Shown: positions 15,397 through 17,728 of the stretch, piece by piece | Layout: every line of letters begins with the position of its first letter | How positions within the stretch are numbered: the stretch's first letter is position 1 | Source of the DNA: an uncultured Pseudomonadota bacterium | Lineage (GTDB): Bacteria; BMS3Abin14 | Direction of reading: 5' to 3' | Assembly (NCBI GenBank): GCA_964454175.1 | Contig: CAYVSA010000044.1 | Span: 1-17,728, forward strand | Length of the DNA stretch: 17,728 nt | Position numbers and translations under genes: made by a program | The notes under the pieces: model-generated | What the model was told of the DNA's origin: nothing | The model's database searches: none | Seen by the model: only the letters and a program-made list of their open reading frames with translations

Positions 15397-17358
15397 ATGC
15401 AGCGAAGTTCCCTACACATGGCGAGTTTATACCCCACCGCAGCGGCTCTGGCAATACTGATGGTCCTTGCCGGGCCCATGGCAGGCTCCTCCTTCGGCGC
15501 CGCATCCACCCCCCGATCTGAACGGGAGCAGCTCATGGCCTACCAGGAGGCGGTGAGGCTGTTTCGGGAAGACAGCAAAGCAAATGAAGCCGGGGAGATG
15601 CTGAAGGCTTTCGTTCGCATGCACCCTGAAAGCCCATATGCTGACGATGCGCTCCTGGAGCTTTCCCGCACCCAGGTTTACCTGGACAACAGGCGAAAAG
15701 CCATTTCTACACTGAGGAACATGCTCCACCGCTTCCCGGCCAGTCCCCTGAGGAAGAGGGCATTCATGGAGCTTGGGTTCATGCTCTCTGATGAAGGGAA
15801 GTACCGCAACAGCAACGAAGCATTGGAGAGCGCCCTTTCCCTGGCCCCCTTGCCCGGGGAGAAGTTCCAGGCATTGACTTTAAAGGCTCGAAACCTGGTC
15901 AAGATGAGGAAACGCACCAGTGCGGTGCTCACCGCAGTCAAATCATACAGGACCGCTGGGACGGAAATTATCAGGGAGAAAGCCCGTCAGGTATTGATCG
16001 AAACATCCCTCAGTCTCAAGGACAGGGAGCTTGAAGAGTTGCTGGGCGACACCGACGGGGCCGAGCCAATGGGTGTGGTGGCCATGACACGTGTGGAGCG
16101 GGCCATTGAGAACAAACAGTTCCAGGGAGCGATGAGAGATCTCATGGAACTTCTAGTCGACTATCCGGACCAGGTCACTCGTGACCGTATTGACACAGCC
16201 TACTCCGAGTTGAGGGGCAGGCTCCTGGTCAAAGGCAATACCGTGGGCGTTATTCTACCCCTTTCAGGAAGTTATGCGGTTTACGGTGAGAAGGCGCTCC
16301 AGGGCGTCCTGGCAGCCTTCGGCATCCTCTCGCCTCTAGCCAACGACGAAAATGACATTGAGTTCAAAGTGGTTGTAAAGGATTCCGGAGCAGATCCGAT
16401 GAAGGCATCACAAGCAGCTCGGGACCTTTCAGAATCCGACCAGGTCCTGGCCATAATAGGTCCGCTCTTTTCCCGGACCTCCCAGGCAGCGGTCCGTGCT
16501 GCCACCGAGTCTGGAACTCCCCTGATCTCCCTCTCGGCAGATCCAGCAATTCCAGCCCTGGGAGAGAACATCTTCAGCAGAAGCATGCCTGACATTCAGC
16601 AGGTGAAAGCCCTTACCGAGCTGGTTCACGACCGGTTGTCCATGAGCCGGTTCGCTTTCCTGTACCCGAACAACTCCTACGGGAACGAACTGATGAACCT
16701 CTTCTGGGACGAGGTGGACAAAATGGGTGCGGTGGTCGTCGCAGCCGAAAGTTTTAAACCCGGGAATACGGATTTCGGGCCGCAGATCCGGAAGATGGTA
16801 GGCCTCAACAGGCCACTTACCGAAGAACAGATGATACTTAAAGAGGCAGGAGAGAAGATCGAGTTGGAGCCCGTGGTAGACTTTGATGCGCTTTTCGTCC
16901 CAGCGGATTTTCAAACTGTGGGGCTCCTGGCCCCCCAGCTCGCCTTTTACGATGTTACCGAGGCTCTGCTGTTGGGAACTAACGGGTGGAACAGCCCATG
17001 GGTAATTGAGATTGGCGAACACTATGTGGATGGAGCCATTTTCACCGGTAGTTTCTATCCTGACGCCGAGGACGACAACGTCAGAGAATTCATGCAGCTT
17101 TACTGGCTCACTTTCGGGGAGGACGCTCAGCCACTGGCGGCACAGGCCTACGATGCAGCACTCATCATCCGTAAGGCAGTGGAAGCCGGGGGTGTAAAGG
17201 ACAGACAGTCCCTGGTGAAGTTCATAAATGGTCTTGAGAATTTCCCCTCCGCCGAGGGCGCACTCTCTACCAATGAGGATGGAACGATACTTCAGCGGCC
17301 CTCAATGCTCACCATCAATTCGGGGTTTATCGAGAAATTCAGAGTTGAAGTTGATTAA
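15397..17358 (+). CDS. LpoA/LppC-like penicillin-binding protein activator (N-terminal TPR plus periplasmic-binding-protein type 1 fold)
   Basis: Signal-like N-terminus and BamD-like TPRs (HPESPYADDALL, RFPASPL), then VGVILPLSG, AIIGPLFS, DALFVP and AQAYDA. Start reassigned to 15397 (15418 possible) because the longer ORF overlaps rsmA. Confidence 0.8.
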   Translation: MQRSSLHMASLYPTAAALAILMVLAGPMAGSSFGAASTPRSEREQLMAYQEAVRLFREDSKANEAGEMLKAFVRMHPESPYADDALLELSRTQVYLDNRRKAISTLRNMLHRFPASPLRKRAFMELGFMLSDEGKYRNSNEALESALSLAPLPGEKFQALTLKARNLVKMRKRTSAVLTAVKSYRTAGTEIIREKARQVLIETSLSLKDRELEELLGDTDGAEPMGVVAMTRVERAIENKQFQGAMRDLMELLVDYPDQVTRDRIDTAYSELRGRLLVKGNTVGVILPLSGSYAVYGEKALQGVLAAFGILSPLANDENDIEFKVVVKDSGADPMKASQAARDLSESDQVLAIIGPLFSRTSQAAVRAATESGTPLISLSADPAIPALGENIFSRSMPDIQQVKALTELVHDRLSMSRFAFLYPNNSYGNELMNLFWDEVDKMGAVVVAAESFKPGNTDFGPQIRKMVGLNRPLTEEQMILKEAGEKIELEPVVDFDALFVPADFQTVGLLAPQLAFYDVTEALLLGTNGWNSPWVIEIGEHYVDGAIFTGSFYPDAEDDNVREFMQLYWLTFGEDAQPLAAQAYDAALIIRKAVEAGGVKDRQSLVKFINGLENFPSAEGALSTNEDGTILQRPSMLTINSGFIEKFRVEVD

Positions 17359-17386
17359 GATCAGTTTCTGGTTTCTATTAGACTCT

Positions 17387-17447
17387 ATACCTCGAAACTT
17401 CGACACCTCGATACCTCGATACACATAACACCCACACCCCCACACCC
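17387..17447. repeat. degenerate 8-bp tandem repeats (ATACCTCG-like x4, then ACACCCAC-like)
   Basis: atacctcg/aaacttcg/acacctcg/atacctcg/atacacat, then acacccac/acccccac. Confidence 0.75.
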
Positions 17448-17451
17448 AGCA

Positions 17452-17480
17452 TTGACCATCCTCCACTTCAGAGCTACATT
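17452..17480 (+). promoter_or_regulatory. sigma70-type promoter for the last gene
   Basis: TTGACC (17452-17457), a 17-bp spacer, TACATT (17475-17480). Confidence 0.55.
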
Positions 17481-17555
17481 TCAAGTACACACCGTGGTCT
17501 ATTTCCATCGGGTAAGTTCGATCCGGGCTAAAACATGTTTAAATGTGAGGCAGAT

Positions 17556-17728
17556 ATGGAAGTCAGATCAGTTCTGGAGATGGTTGAGTCTGCCCGTGAC
17601 AGCTCCCATGGCGGCGGGAGTTTCGCCAGAGGCCTCTTTATGGGCCAGCCTGATTTTTACACCGTGTTCCCCTTCCCGGAGCAGCCCGAAGAGGACAGGA
17701 AGGCTGGAGATGCTGTACTGGAGCAGCT
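17556..17728 (+). CDS. acyl-CoA dehydrogenase-like protein (ACAD9/VLCAD/FadE10-like), 5' fragment truncated by the window
   Basis: Not in the ORF track. GAGG SD precedes ATG 17556, and the frame is open to the edge: MEVRSVLEMVESARDSSHGGGSFARGLFMGQPDFYTVFPFPEQPEEDRKAGDAVLEQ. The SFAxxLFxG...FPFP pattern resembles the N-terminus of this family. Confidence 0.65.
   Translation, partial: MEVRSVLEMVESARDSSHGGGSFARGLFMGQPDFYTVFPFPEQPEEDRKAGDAVLEQ

Noticed and set aside
17387-17450. Repeats as a CRISPR array
   Set aside because: The units are 8 bp, contiguous and without spacers, and there are no cas genes.
17302-17508. 68-aa minus-strand ORF with CWVWGCGC
   Set aside because: The Cys/Gly content comes from translating the octamer repeats, and the ORF overlaps the LpoA-like gene end and a promoter.

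Overview
Bacterial chromosomal DNA, probably from a diderm, deltaproteobacteria-like organism (inferred from gene content and order). The right part (6716-17728) is housekeeping. On the minus strand it carries rsmA-rnj-uppP-ftsK-lolA-rimO and a TrmN6-like methyltransferase; on the plus strand, a TPR/LpoA-like periplasmic protein and the 5' end of an acyl-CoA dehydrogenase-like gene. The left part (1-6218) looks like an accessory, possibly copper/metal-responsive module. In transcription order its minus-strand operon reads: an 81-aa leader-peptide-like ORF (signal/TM, His, CxxxxC, C-terminal KPPR), a 59-aa DCCNP miniprotein, a 5-Cys CcmH paralogue, Cys-type CcmE (CPSKY), CcmF, a second 5-Cys CcmH, a split CcmI (two genes) and a variant Lgt. 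It converges on a second 59-aa DCCNP miniprotein (126-305, absent from the ORF track), whose promoter is back-to-back with a promoter containing a CsoR-like operator. The strongest novel signal is that the leader's KPP codons are exactly complementary to the next gene's Shine-Dalgarno sequence within a predicted three-way RNA junction, suggesting ribosome-stalling attenuation of a cytochrome c maturation/Lgt operon. No rRNA, tRNA, CRISPR array or mobile element was seen. All family assignments come from motif recognition by eye, not from database searches.
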